From Bacteroidales bacterium (GTDB taxonomy: Bacteria; Bacteroidota; Bacteroidia; Bacteroidales; G3-4614), in the NCBI GenBank assembly GCA_036656055.1, contig JAVVOY010000005.1, positions 6,610 through 70,609 on the forward strand: a stretch of 64,000 nucleotides of DNA, given 5' to 3'. The notes under the pieces were generated by a model. It was not told the origin of the DNA and made no database searches. It saw nothing but the letters and a program-made list of their open reading frames with translations. Position numbers and translations under genes: made by a program. Within the stretch, counting starts at the first letter, position 1. Each line of letters opens with the position of its first letter. Shown piece by piece: positions 1 through 9,648 of this stretch.

Positions 1-104
1 TCCTTTTGTATATGGGGAGTAAAGTCATGAATTCAAAAAGATTATTTTGAAAAGAAGACAGACACAAAAGTTGTAGAAGATGTTATAAAATAGTAAAATC
101 CTAT

Positions 105-878
105 TTACTCTTGGACGAAGAAACCTTTAAGATGTCCGAAAGCCTCGGTTGCCGTACGATCGCACGAGGTTGGGACAACCGATATATATCCATTGTCCAG
201 TGCCCATGTGTCTGTATCTTCATTTTCGGGCTCAGTATTAATAAATTTACCGGTTATCCAATAGTAACTGTCCCCTCGTGGGTCAACACGATGTTCATAC
301 TCCTCAGTCCAATAACCCATTGCCTGACGGCATATCTTAACCCCTTTTATATTCTGATTATATGGGACGTTTATATTAAGGCACACAGAATGAGGTAATC
401 CTTTTTCAAGAAGCATTTTACATGTTTCCACAACAATACCGCGACAGACCTCAAAATCAGGTTCAGACTCATGCGAGCATAAAGAGAATCCTACTGACGG
501 CACATCCAAAACCGAGCCCTCGTAAGCAGCTCCCATTGTTCCGGAATATATAGTGCTTATGGCACTGTTTGATCCATGATTTATCCCCGAAAGGATGAGG
601 TCTGGTTTACACCCTAATACCTCATTTATGGCAAGTTTAACACAGTCAACCGGTGTTCCCCCTGTTTTGTAATATACAATATTACCATCCTCCTTTATCC
701 TCCTCAATCTTAACGGTGCGCTTACCGTAAGTGCACATGACTGACCTGAACGCGGACCATCAGGTGCAATCACAACTATATTGCCCAAACCTGAAACCAT
801 ATCCACCAAGGCATGTATCCCTTTTGCATCTATGCCGTCATCGTTAGTTACAAGTATTAAAGGAACTTTTTTATCCAT
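105..878 (-). CDS. surE: 5'/3'-nucleotidase SurE
   Basis: ILVTNDDGI, GTPVDCV, SGINHGSN and YSGT motifs. Confidence 0.96.
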   Translation of the reverse strand: MDKKVPLILVTNDDGIDAKGIHALVDMVSGLGNIVVIAPDGPRSGQSCALTVSAPLRLRRIKEDGNIVYYKTGGTPVDCVKLAINEVLGCKPDLILSGINHGSNSAISTIYSGTMGAAYEGSVLDVPSVGFSLCSHESEPDFEVCRGIVVETCKMLLEKGLPHSVCLNINVPYNQNIKGVKICRQAMGYWTEEYEHRVDPRGDSYYWITGKFINTEPENEDTDTWALDNGYISVVPTSCDRTATEAFGHLKGFFVQE

Positions 879-907
879 TTATAATTATATTTGATTACCA
901 CTATTTA

Positions 908-2332
908 TTATTGTTTTGGAAGAGGGATCTGATAGGCTCCAATATCAGGTCGCTGACCGTAAGGGCGTTCTGTTCCGTACATATCACGACGGGCACTATT
1001 GGTAAGCAATGATTCGTCTCCGGCATGAAAAACCGAAGATTCAGAAGTTCCTATTCTGTAATCGTAGATATACTCCTTACCACCGACAAGGTTGAACATA
1101 GGATTCCCTTTCCATACTGAATTTATAAAATTAGCATCATCACTCCCTGCAACCCCAAACATGCAACTGCGAAACAGAATCGGCAATCCATCGATATTCG
1201 CCGGTGACATAATACTCGTACTACCTATTATGATACAGTTGTCTAAAACAATCTGAGGAGGAGTTATGAGCGTTTTATCATCAAAACGATCAAAGACTAA
1301 AAGTTGACTGTGAATATTATCAAATAACGAAAAGTAATTTGCCAATGTACACTGTAACAAGTTGGCTACACCGCCTGTCATCCATATCAAGGCACCAGAG
1401 CCATTAGAAATTTCGCTATTCCATACCGAAAGGCGACTCTGATTGACGGTCAGCAGATTATTTTTAGAATTATGCAGTATCGAATTGGAGATTTTTATCT
1501 TCTCGCGACTTACATCCGAAGAGTCAAGTACCAATCCGTCCACCGTTCCACGCATGTGGACATAATCAAATACATTATCATAACTCATTTTTCTTATATA
1601 CACTCCTTTCCATTGTCCGGGAAGCCTGTCATAAGGGAGATACGAAAACATATTATCCGTACGGTCGCCGCGTAAGACAACAGGGTTTTTCTCCCCACCG
1701 GCAGCAATGATTTTACCCTCTACAACAAGTTTTGCCTTATCATGAAAAAAGAGCCGTGCACCGGGCTCCAATACTAATGTCGCCCCCTCGCGTACCGCGA
1801 GTGTATCATAAACGATATAAGGTTTGTCAGAAGTATATCTGACCGTTCCATCTGTAATTTCAACATCCTTAAGCAGTACGGCATCTTGTCCGTAAGCCTG
1901 CAACTTAATATCATCCCTTACGCCGTTAGTAATAAAGATGATAGAATCCTTTATAAGAAGCGGTTTATTCTGATTAGAAGGATTTACTTTAGCCTCAACA
2001 AAAACAAAAATGCTGTCGTGCGCCGAAACCTCTATATTATAAATATCCGGACCCTTAGAGCCATCCACGTTGATGAAAAACCCTGTATTAGCAGCGTTAG
2101 CAATGACAATAGAGGATATAAGCAATGCTTTATCATTACGGTTATAAACCTTGAAAATTTTGGTAGCTGTCCCCTGTTGCGTGAATATCGTATCAAACCT
2201 AATAGAATCGGTAGAAAAAGACAAACGATCAGCCGAAGAGGATGAAAAATCCTCCTTAAAGCACCCCGTCAACGCCATAATAAGCCCTGCACAAAGTATA
2301 TAGACTAAAAATACACCTGATTTTTCTTTCAC
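908..2332 (-). CDS. Hypothetical lipoprotein, probable beta-helix with a choice-of-anchor Q-like C-terminus
   Basis: GTG start, hydrophobic signal with lipobox LTGC, N/S/I-rich beta-helix-like repeats, C-terminal PDIGAYQ. Confidence 0.7.
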   Translation of the reverse strand: MKEKSGVFLVYILCAGLIMALTGCFKEDFSSSSADRLSFSTDSIRFDTIFTQQGTATKIFKVYNRNDKALLISSIVIANAANTGFFINVDGSKGPDIYNIEVSAHDSIFVFVEAKVNPSNQNKPLLIKDSIIFITNGVRDDIKLQAYGQDAVLLKDVEITDGTVRYTSDKPYIVYDTLAVREGATLVLEPGARLFFHDKAKLVVEGKIIAAGGEKNPVVLRGDRTDNMFSYLPYDRLPGQWKGVYIRKMSYDNVFDYVHMRGTVDGLVLDSSDVSREKIKISNSILHNSKNNLLTVNQSRLSVWNSEISNGSGALIWMTGGVANLLQCTLANYFSLFDNIHSQLLVFDRFDDKTLITPPQIVLDNCIIIGSTSIMSPANIDGLPILFRSCMFGVAGSDDANFINSVWKGNPMFNLVGGKEYIYDYRIGTSESSVFHAGDESLLTNSARRDMYGTERPYGQRPDIGAYQIPLPKQ

Positions 2333-2433
2333 TTAACAGATAAGATTACATCCTTTAATCTAACGAAAAACGATGAAAAAAATTGTATTAATTCCGTACA
2401 AATGAGACATCGCGATAGAATTTAATGATATTC

Positions 2434-3576
2434 TTAAACGAGACAACCGGCAACCGCTCTTTTGTATATCAAATGGGCAGCATTGCGGGCGGCACCAGTA
2501 CCACCAAGACGCTCACGAACCTCCTTATATCCGGCAAGCATCCGGGTTCTTATGTCTTTATCAAGAATACGCGCAAGTTCATAGCGCGTATTATCCGGAT
2601 TGAAATAATGTGCCAACAACTCTTTCACAACCGGTTTTTCAGCAATAAGATTTACAAGCGAAACATAATCTATATTCCGCAATAAATACAAAAAAATCCT
2701 ATGCATAATCCTTCCGCCGAAAACATGATAACATACAACCTGTGGCACACCTATAAGCGCAGCCTCAAGCGTTGCCGTACCCGAAGTCACCAACGCAGCC
2801 GTAGCCTGTTGCATAAGACGATATGTCTTTTCATAAACAACATTTACCTCCGCATCCCCTATAATAGATTTATAAAGATCACGCGATATTCCGGGTGCAC
2901 CTGCAACAACAAGTTGAAAATCGTTAAAATTTTTTGCTGCTTCAATCATGCGTGGCAGCGAGCTCTTTATCTCTCCCACACGACTCCCTGCCACCAAAGC
3001 TATTATCGGTTTATCAGGCAAAGAGTTATCACGGACAAAATCGTCGAATCTCTCTTCGGCATAGGGTCTAACGGCGAGCTCATCCACCGTAGGGTTTCCT
3101 ACATAATCCACCTTAAAATTGCGCTTTTTAAAATACTCAGGTTCAAACGGTAAAATAGAGTACATATAATCCACATATCGGCGTATCGTCTTTATCCTGT
3201 ACTCCTTCCATGCCCATATCTTGGGCGATATATAATAATGCACAGGAAGATTCAACTCCTCCTTTACAAAGCGCGCAATCTTAAGGTTAAATCCCGGATA
3301 ATCAACCAATATGACAGCATCCGGAGCAAAACGGGAAATATCCTCCTTACACTCCCGCATATTGCGAAGAATCTTATTTAAGTTCAATATCACATCAATA
3401 AACCCCATAAACGCCATCTCACGATAATGCTTAACAATTGTCCCGCCCTCGCTCTGCATCATATCCCCGCCAAAAAAGCGGAATTCGGCCGATGGATCAC
3501 AAACTTTAATCTCACGCATAAGGTTAGATGCGTGTAAATCGCCCGAAGCCTCACCGGCAACCAGATAATATTTCAT
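2434..3576 (-). CDS. lpxB: Lipid-A-disaccharide synthase
   Basis: AGEASGDLH, VDYPGFN, YYISPKIWAW and SGTATLE motifs. Confidence 0.96.
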   Translation of the reverse strand: MKYYLVAGEASGDLHASNLMREIKVCDPSAEFRFFGGDMMQSEGGTIVKHYREMAFMGFIDVILNLNKILRNMRECKEDISRFAPDAVILVDYPGFNLKIARFVKEELNLPVHYYISPKIWAWKEYRIKTIRRYVDYMYSILPFEPEYFKKRNFKVDYVGNPTVDELAVRPYAEERFDDFVRDNSLPDKPIIALVAGSRVGEIKSSLPRMIEAAKNFNDFQLVVAGAPGISRDLYKSIIGDAEVNVVYEKTYRLMQQATAALVTSGTATLEAALIGVPQVVCYHVFGGRIMHRIFLYLLRNIDYVSLVNLIAEKPVVKELLAHYFNPDNTRYELARILDKDIRTRMLAGYKEVRERLGGTGAARNAAHLIYKRAVAGCLV

Positions 3577-3590
3577 ACACTTATATTATT

Positions 3591-4601
3591 TCATTTGTTT
3601 ATTAACTCCCGCAAACGTTTACCAAGAGCAGATAAAGAGCCTAAACGCTCTGTTTTTCCCATAAATTCAAGCACTATCATATCGGTAGTCTCACATTTTA
3701 CCTTTAAACGAACGGTTTTAGAATCTGTCCTGACAACATCAAATCCAGCTCCTCTAACAACACTCTCAACCCAGTACACAATAGAGTCAGAAACGGACAA
3801 ATAAACAACCTCCGCCCCCTTCTGTTTAGGGACAAACCTACCTGATACCTTATCAAAATCCACACCACGGCCTGCAAATATACACTCCAATCCATCTCCG
3901 GCAATAACATCTTCAGCCTTTCCGCAAGTTATACTACCTGACAAAAAGAGCAAAATCCTGTCGGCAACCGGAAGAGATTGTTCAATATCATGCGTCGAAA
4001 GCAATATTGTTTTATTCTGTTCAACAGCTAATCTTTTAAGCAGATAAAGTATCTCCACACGGCTCGGCAAGTCAAGAAAAGCAGTAGGTTCATCCAAAAG
4101 AATAATTTGCGACTGCTGTGCAAGAGCTTTTGCAATCATAACCTTTTGGCGCTCCCCGTCAGAGAGTTGCGATAAAAAAGCATCTGCTCTATCCACCATT
4201 CCCACTGCCGACAGCGAATCCCCCACAATAGCCTCATCTCCAAAGGACAATCTACCGAAAAAACCGGTGTAAGGGTATCTGCCCAAAGCTACCACTTCAT
4301 TAACGCGAAGCCCTCCGGCAAGCGTTTTATCCGTAAACACAACAGAGACAAGTCTCGACAAAGAGTGCATATCATAATCCGCGATATCACTCCCATTAAT
4401 TAGTATCCTCCCCTCAAGCGGAGGTTGCACGGCAGCCACCGTCCGCAGCAGAGTTGATTTTCCAACTCCGTTCTGTCCCAGCAAAAGGGTCATCTCGCCA
4501 CAGTTGAGGAGAAAATTTATCCCTGACGAGACAACCTTCCTCTTCTCCCCCTTACCATAACCTATCGAAATATTTTCAGCCTCTGCCGCTGCTTTACCCA
4601 T
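3591..4601 (-). CDS. Cobalamin/iron-chelate ABC transporter ATP-binding subunit (BtuD-like)
   Basis: Walker A GQNGVGKS, signature LSDGERQK, Walker B ILLDEPT; in an operon with permease and binding protein. Confidence 0.88.
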   Translation of the reverse strand: MGKAAAEAENISIGYGKGEKRKVVSSGINFLLNCGEMTLLLGQNGVGKSTLLRTVAAVQPPLEGRILINGSDIADYDMHSLSRLVSVVFTDKTLAGGLRVNEVVALGRYPYTGFFGRLSFGDEAIVGDSLSAVGMVDRADAFLSQLSDGERQKVMIAKALAQQSQIILLDEPTAFLDLPSRVEILYLLKRLAVEQNKTILLSTHDIEQSLPVADRILLFLSGSITCGKAEDVIAGDGLECIFAGRGVDFDKVSGRFVPKQKGAEVVYLSVSDSIVYWVESVVRGAGFDVVRTDSKTVRLKVKCETTDMIVLEFMGKTERLGSLSALGKRLRELINK

Positions 4602-4629
4602 AAAACTCTAATTAAGCAAAGTTTAATAA

Positions 4630-5643
4630 CTATTCAAAATACTCTATCTTAGCCTTATTTATTATCACGTATATTATAACAGGTGCTCCAAAAACGGGAG
4701 TCACGGCATTAAGCGGAATAATTCCACCATGCCACGGCAGAGAGCATATAAGGTTGCACAACAATGCCACCACCCCACCCGTAAGCAGTGTTACAGGAAG
4801 CAAGACCTTATGGTTTGAAGATCTCAGCGTCAATCGTGCTATATGCGGAACAGCCAGTCCCAGAAAAGCTATCGGACCACAATACGATGTAACTATCGCC
4901 GTAAGCAACCCTGTACACAAAAGCAGCAACAATCTTGCTCGGCGCACATTAACACCAAGATTTTCAGCATAACGATCACCAAGCAAAAGCGCATTAAGAG
5001 GCTTTATCAAAAGCACTGCAAGCAAAAGCCCAACAAATACCACCGTACAAAAGAGAGGAAGTTCAGAGAGCGTAACGCTCGAAAAATCACCCATTCCCCA
5101 CAAAGTATAAGAAAATACATTGCTCTCAGAGGCAAAAAAGTTAAGCAATGTTATGACAGAATTAGCAATATATCCTACCATAATCCCTACAATAAGCAAC
5201 ATCACACTGCTCCTTACAACAGTAGAGAACAATATTATTATCCCTAACACCAATGCAGAACCGGCAAAAGCTCCGGCAACAGTTGACAACGAACCGGAAA
5301 CCGAACCAATAACAGAATTTCCTGCGGCAAGCATCACCAAAGCCACGCCAAGTGATGCCCCAGAGGTAATTCCAAGTATCGAAGGTCCGGCAAGCGGATT
5401 ACCGAAAGCCGTCTGTAACAACAACCCGGAAGCAGCAAGAGCACACCCGGCAAGAAGAGCAGTAACAGCCTGCGGAAGGCGCGACTGCAAGACAATATAT
5501 CCCCACGTTCCATTCTCAGGCATACCGCCGGACAATATATTCAACACATCAGTAAACGGTATCCTGACAGAACCCCAAAAGAGATTCGATACAAAAAGCA
5601 GCACTATAAGCAACGATAATATTATCCAAATCTTTTTTTTCAC
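4630..5643 (-). CDS. FecCD/BtuC-family ABC permease
   Basis: NPLAGPSILGITSGA and GPIAFLGLAVPH motifs; many TM segments; GTG start overlaps the upstream stop. Confidence 0.9.
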   Translation of the reverse strand: MKKKIWIILSLLIVLLFVSNLFWGSVRIPFTDVLNILSGGMPENGTWGYIVLQSRLPQAVTALLAGCALAASGLLLQTAFGNPLAGPSILGITSGASLGVALVMLAAGNSVIGSVSGSLSTVAGAFAGSALVLGIIILFSTVVRSSVMLLIVGIMVGYIANSVITLLNFFASESNVFSYTLWGMGDFSSVTLSELPLFCTVVFVGLLLAVLLIKPLNALLLGDRYAENLGVNVRRARLLLLLCTGLLTAIVTSYCGPIAFLGLAVPHIARLTLRSSNHKVLLPVTLLTGGVVALLCNLICSLPWHGGIIPLNAVTPVFGAPVIIYVIINKAKIEYFE

Positions 5644-6767
5644 TTCGCAAGATGTTTAAAATAAAGAGTCGTATCATTTTTAGAAAAAAGTTCAGGATGT
5701 GCTATCATCAGCAGATCACGCAACGCTCTATCAGGATGCACCGGCAGATCCTCATAAAAAGAGACCTTCAATCCGTTACAACCCCATACGTTTCCCTTTT
5801 TAAAGGCATCAAAATTAGAATAAGGAGCAAACTCCTCTTTAAGCAATGACAGTGTCATATTCTCATTCTCCCTCCCATATTTAAATATCCAGAGATCGGC
5901 ATGTGCCGCACGCTCAAGCACCTCCTCAAACGACAACGCCACAGAACCTGTCTCACTCCTCTCCCTCCATAAATAATTTATTCCGGCATCATTATAAAGA
6001 GCAGCCATATAGCTGCCACCACCGGGTTGATACCAGACACTTCCGGTCTTCATCTCTGCAAATAGAGTTGGTCGTATTTTTACACACGAACCAATCTTGG
6101 CAAGCTCTTTATAACGCCTCTCTGTGTCAATAAAAACAGAATCCGCCTCATACTCCTTACCAAAAAGCAATCCCATAAATTTTATCCACTCAGTACGGGA
6201 GAGCGGTGTATTTTCCATATAATCTGCAAACTCCACAAGCGGAACACCAAGTTGTGACACCTTGCCATAAGAACCATCCCGATAAGGCGACAATATCACA
6301 GCTTCAGGTTGAAGTTCTATAATTTTCTCAATATCCGGAACGAACGAATCTCCGAGATTTGCTATCTTCCCACTACTTATCCTTGCCTTTATCATCGTAT
6401 CTGCAACATAATAGGCATCACAAATTCCCACAACATTATCTATCACGCCGAGCTCCTTTATAACCCCGCAATGCAGTGCCGCATAAACAGCAACCCTCTT
6501 AAGCGGCGTTCTCAACAGTGTCCCCTCAGGCAAACTGTCAGGCAAAGATGCACTTTTAGGAACAAGCACATAACGATGTAGTACCTTAAGGGTATCCCAC
6601 GGATTAATAACATCCACAACAGTATAACCATCGTTTACAGATACAGTAAACCCCTTAGCATAACTATTGGCAGAAGCAAGTGCGACATCCGCACCACTTC
6701 CGACAGCACCTCCGCGACACGCTACAAAAAACAAAACCGATATAAAACAGACAATTAAGTTACGCAT
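5640..6767 (-). CDS. Lipoprotein ABC substrate-binding protein (BtuF-like)
   Basis: Start moved to MRNLIV (6767), which gives lipobox FVAC; YMENTPLSRTEWIKF motif of Bacteroidales BtuF-like proteins. Confidence 0.85.
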   Translation of the reverse strand: MRNLIVCFISVLFFVACRGGAVGSGADVALASANSYAKGFTVSVNDGYTVVDVINPWDTLKVLHRYVLVPKSASLPDSLPEGTLLRTPLKRVAVYAALHCGVIKELGVIDNVVGICDAYYVADTMIKARISSGKIANLGDSFVPDIEKIIELQPEAVILSPYRDGSYGKVSQLGVPLVEFADYMENTPLSRTEWIKFMGLLFGKEYEADSVFIDTERRYKELAKIGSCVKIRPTLFAEMKTGSVWYQPGGGSYMAALYNDAGINYLWRERSETGSVALSFEEVLERAAHADLWIFKYGRENENMTLSLLKEEFAPYSNFDAFKKGNVWGCNGLKVSFYEDLPVHPDRALRDLLMIAHPELFSKNDTTLYFKHLAK

Positions 6768-6792
6768 AATCTTCAAAAAAATCAGATGCATG

Positions 6793-6800
6793 CAAAGTTA
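6793..6800 (-). promoter_or_regulatory. Bacteroidetes -7 promoter box (TAACTTTG) for the btuFCD-lpxB unit
   Basis: Exact TAnnTTTG followed by CA, 25 nt upstream of the ATG at 6767. Confidence 0.6.
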
Positions 6801-6805
6801 CAAAA

Positions 6806-7741
6806 TTACATGTAACCTCCGCTATATAGCCTACCCTGAAACGCACCTCGCCGGTGCATATCATTCACAAGGCGCGCAGTAAATTCATAATTCTTAAGTC
6901 CCCACCGTGGTGCAATAAGAAGCCCTTCAGGCGACTGAGAAACAAAACGATCAACCACAATATCAGGACGAAGCCTCTCCAGAAAATCAGAGACCAGACA
7001 GATATACTTCTCCACTTCGTAGACATGCAGTATATCTGGATTCTCGGCAAACTCCTTGGCAAGGACCGTTCCACGTATAACCTGCAATTGGTGCAGTTTA
7101 AGTGTTGTGATAGGTAGAGACGAAACACTCTCAGCAAAATTCAATATTTCAGCGTCCTCTTCACCCGGCAGCCCCAATATAAGATGAAGACCGCACAGAA
7201 CACCCTTAGCCGCACTCCTCCTAACAGCATCCACAGTATCATCCCATGTATGACAACGATTAACTCGTCTCAGCGTTTCATTATTACAACTTTCTGCTCC
7301 GTACTCTACAAGTACAAACTTATCCTTCGACAAATCCGAAAGATAATCAAGCAACAAATCAGGCATACAATCAGGACGAGTAGCCACGATCAACCCCTCT
7401 ACACCATCAGACGATAACGCCTCTTCATAACATTCTATAACTGTGCCAATGTCGGAATAACTACCGGTATAAGATTGAAAATAAGCCAAATATCGCATTG
7501 CAGGGTATTTATGCGAAAAGAAACTCTTCCCCTCATTTATCTGTCGCGAAATGTTACTATCCTCAATACAATACAAAGGGCTAAAAGTAGAATTATTACA
7601 ATAGATGCACCCGCCATAACCCTTTGTCCCATCGCGGTTTGGACAGGAGAAACCGGCATTTACCGATATCTTTTGAATCTTATAATCAGGAAAATACCCT
7701 TTCAGGAACATCCCCATATCACAGAACGGCAAGGTCTCCAT
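6806..7741 (-). CDS. TIGR01212 family radical SAM protein (YhcC-like)
   Basis: GFSCPNRDGTKGYGGCIYCN, AYFQSYT and TRPDC motifs. Confidence 0.92.
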   Translation of the reverse strand: METLPFCDMGMFLKGYFPDYKIQKISVNAGFSCPNRDGTKGYGGCIYCNNSTFSPLYCIEDSNISRQINEGKSFFSHKYPAMRYLAYFQSYTGSYSDIGTVIECYEEALSSDGVEGLIVATRPDCMPDLLLDYLSDLSKDKFVLVEYGAESCNNETLRRVNRCHTWDDTVDAVRRSAAKGVLCGLHLILGLPGEEDAEILNFAESVSSLPITTLKLHQLQVIRGTVLAKEFAENPDILHVYEVEKYICLVSDFLERLRPDIVVDRFVSQSPEGLLIAPRWGLKNYEFTARLVNDMHRRGAFQGRLYSGGYM

Positions 7742-7749
7742 CCGTAGAG

Positions 7750-8823
7750 TTAAATTCTTGTAGTCTTAGAAAGCAGGTAACTGTCCAATATAACAATGGC
7801 AGCCATAGACTCCACAACCGGAACAGCACGAGGCAAAACGCACGGGTCATGTCTCCCTCTAAGCTTCACAGCCACCTCATTGCCATGCACATCCAAAGTC
7901 TCCATCTGTTGCAAAATCGTTGCCACAGGCTTAAATGCCACCCTAAAATATATATCTTCTCCATTGGATATTCCACCCTGTATTCCACCGGAATTATTCG
8001 TTACCGTGTGTACACAGCCGTCACGCATAATAAAGCGGTCGTTCATCTCCGATCCTCGGCGAGAAACACCATCAAAACCCATGCCGTACTCAAACCCCTT
8101 AACAGCGTTTATACCTAACATGGCAGAGCCCAAATCAGCATGCAATTTTCCGAACACAGGCTCACCAAGACCAATCGGGACACCATTTATAACACATGTC
8201 ACAACACCCCCTATCGTATCACCCGCATCCTTTACTTCAGTAATAAGTTCTTCCATCCTTTTTGCAACATCCATATCCGGACACCGTACTTGGTTCTTCT
8301 CTATATTTCCAAAGTCGTATTTACAGTAATCCCTATCCAATTCAATATTGCCAACCTGCGAAGTATAAGCAGTTATTGTCACCCCCAATTTACCAAGAGC
8401 AAGTTTTGCAAAAGCCCCTGCCACACAACGTGCCACCGTTTCACGCGCCGAAGAACGACCTCCGCCACAATGATCACGCAACCCGTATTTTTTGTGATAA
8501 GTATAATCAGCATGAGACGGACGAAAAATATCTCGCAGATTATCATAATCTGCACTTCTCATATCACTGTTATAAACAGCGAAACCAATCGGCGCACCGG
8601 TAGTAAACCCATCAAATACTCCTGATAAAATCACAACCCTATCCTTCTCATCGCGTTGCGTAACCAATTGCGACTGCCCCGGACGACGCCTGTCAAGTTC
8701 ACTCTGAATAAAAAGTTCATCTACCACTACCCCAGCCGGCATGCCGTCAATCACTCCGCCCACAGCAACACCGTGCGACTCACCGAAAGAGGTTAATCTG
8801 AAAATTTTTCCGAACGTATTCAT
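7750..8823 (-). CDS. aroC: Chorismate synthase
   Basis: MNTFG start at 8823; [22 protein letters not shown] and GRHDPCV motifs. Confidence 0.97.
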   Translation of the reverse strand: MNTFGKIFRLTSFGESHGVAVGGVIDGMPAGVVVDELFIQSELDRRRPGQSQLVTQRDEKDRVVILSGVFDGFTTGAPIGFAVYNSDMRSADYDNLRDIFRPSHADYTYHKKYGLRDHCGGGRSSARETVARCVAGAFAKLALGKLGVTITAYTSQVGNIELDRDYCKYDFGNIEKNQVRCPDMDVAKRMEELITEVKDAGDTIGGVVTCVINGVPIGLGEPVFGKLHADLGSAMLGINAVKGFEYGMGFDGVSRRGSEMNDRFIMRDGCVHTVTNNSGGIQGGISNGEDIYFRVAFKPVATILQQMETLDVHGNEVAVKLRGRHDPCVLPRAVPVVESMAAIVILDSYLLSKTTRI

Positions 8824-8868
8824 AGTCCATAACGTTATATAATCGTGCGAAGATAATAAAAATTTGAC

Positions 8869-8876
8869 TATATTTG
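8869..8876 (+). promoter_or_regulatory. -7 promoter box TATATTTG for the DJ-1 gene
   Basis: Exact TAnnTTTG followed by CA in the divergent intergenic region. Confidence 0.55.
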
Positions 8877-8950
8877 CATCTATGCTACCAACAGAAACAG
8901 ACGGCAAAAAATAAGAATATAATTTACAAACAACTTAAAACAATAATGAC

Positions 8951-9502
8951 ATGAAAAAGAGTTTTGTATTCATGGCAGAGGGATTTGAAGAGATAGAGGC
9001 ACTTACAGTAGTAGACATGCTCAGACGGGCGTCAATGCCTATCTGCATGGTTTCAATATCTGACGAGTATGATGTAGAAGGTGCCCACGGTGTAACCATA
9101 ATCGCAGACGAGCTAATCAGCGAAGCCGATTTTTCTGAAGCCGAATGGCTGATACTTCCCGGCGGTATGCCCGGAGCAGCAAACCTAAACGCAAGCATCC
9201 CGCTCATAAACATCCTCAAAGCCCAGAATGAGACAAAAAGTAATATTGCAGCTATCTGCGCAGCACCTTTTATCCTTGGAGAAAACGGAATGCTGCAAGA
9301 TAAAAATGCCACCTGTTACCCCGGATTTGAAGACCACCTAAAAGGTGCCAAATACACCGGTGCTTCCGTAGAACGTGATGGAAATATTATTACAGCCAAC
9401 GGACCGGCACAATCAATATCATTTGGAGCAGCTATAATAGAAAAAAGTCTCGGAGCACCTACGGCACGGCGTATCTTAGAAGGGATGATGCGCAACAATT
9501 AA
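8951..9502 (+). CDS. DJ-1/PfpI (YajL/ThiJ-like) family protein
   Basis: GFEEIEA, LPGGMPGA, AAICAAP nucleophile Cys, ATCYPGF. Confidence 0.93.
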   Translation: MKKSFVFMAEGFEEIEALTVVDMLRRASMPICMVSISDEYDVEGAHGVTIIADELISEADFSEAEWLILPGGMPGAANLNASIPLINILKAQNETKSNIAAICAAPFILGENGMLQDKNATCYPGFEDHLKGAKYTGASVERDGNIITANGPAQSISFGAAIIEKSLGAPTARRILEGMMRNN

Positions 9503-9545
9503 ACCACTTCCTGATTTAAAAGCCTAAAAACAGGCATAATTTCAC

Positions 9546-9583
9546 ATAATATAGTCGCTGTTCGCAGCGATTATATTATTTTT
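9546..9583 (+). terminator. Intrinsic terminator of the DJ-1 gene
   Basis: 15-bp stem ATAATATAGTCGCTG / CAGCGATTATATTAT (one G.U pair), TTCG loop, then a T run. Confidence 0.65.
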
Positions 9584-9584
9584 G
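9577..9584 (+). promoter_or_regulatory. -7 promoter box TATTTTTG for yhhQ-queF
   Basis: Exact TAnnTTTG followed by CA, about 30 nt upstream of the aptamer. Confidence 0.6.
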
Positions 9585-9614
9585 CAACATCGTATCCATA
9601 TTTTATAACCCAAT

Positions 9615-9644
9615 CGTGTACTTGATAACCACGTAAAAAACAAG
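9615..9644 (+). ncRNA. preQ1 class I riboswitch aptamer
   Basis: CGTG-TACTTGATAAC-CACG-TAAAAAA-CAAG: P1 stem, loop CTTG pairs with 3' CAAG (H-type pseudoknot), A6 tail, loop ends in AAC; directly upstream of yhhQ-queF. Confidence 0.85.
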
Positions 9645-9648
9645 AAGA

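Noticed and set aside
6797-6816. GTTACA-N8-TGTAAC inverted repeat at the btuF promoter
   Set aside because: One arm is part of the TTTGTAACTTTGC promoter context and the other is the last codons of the radical SAM gene; no independent support as an operator.
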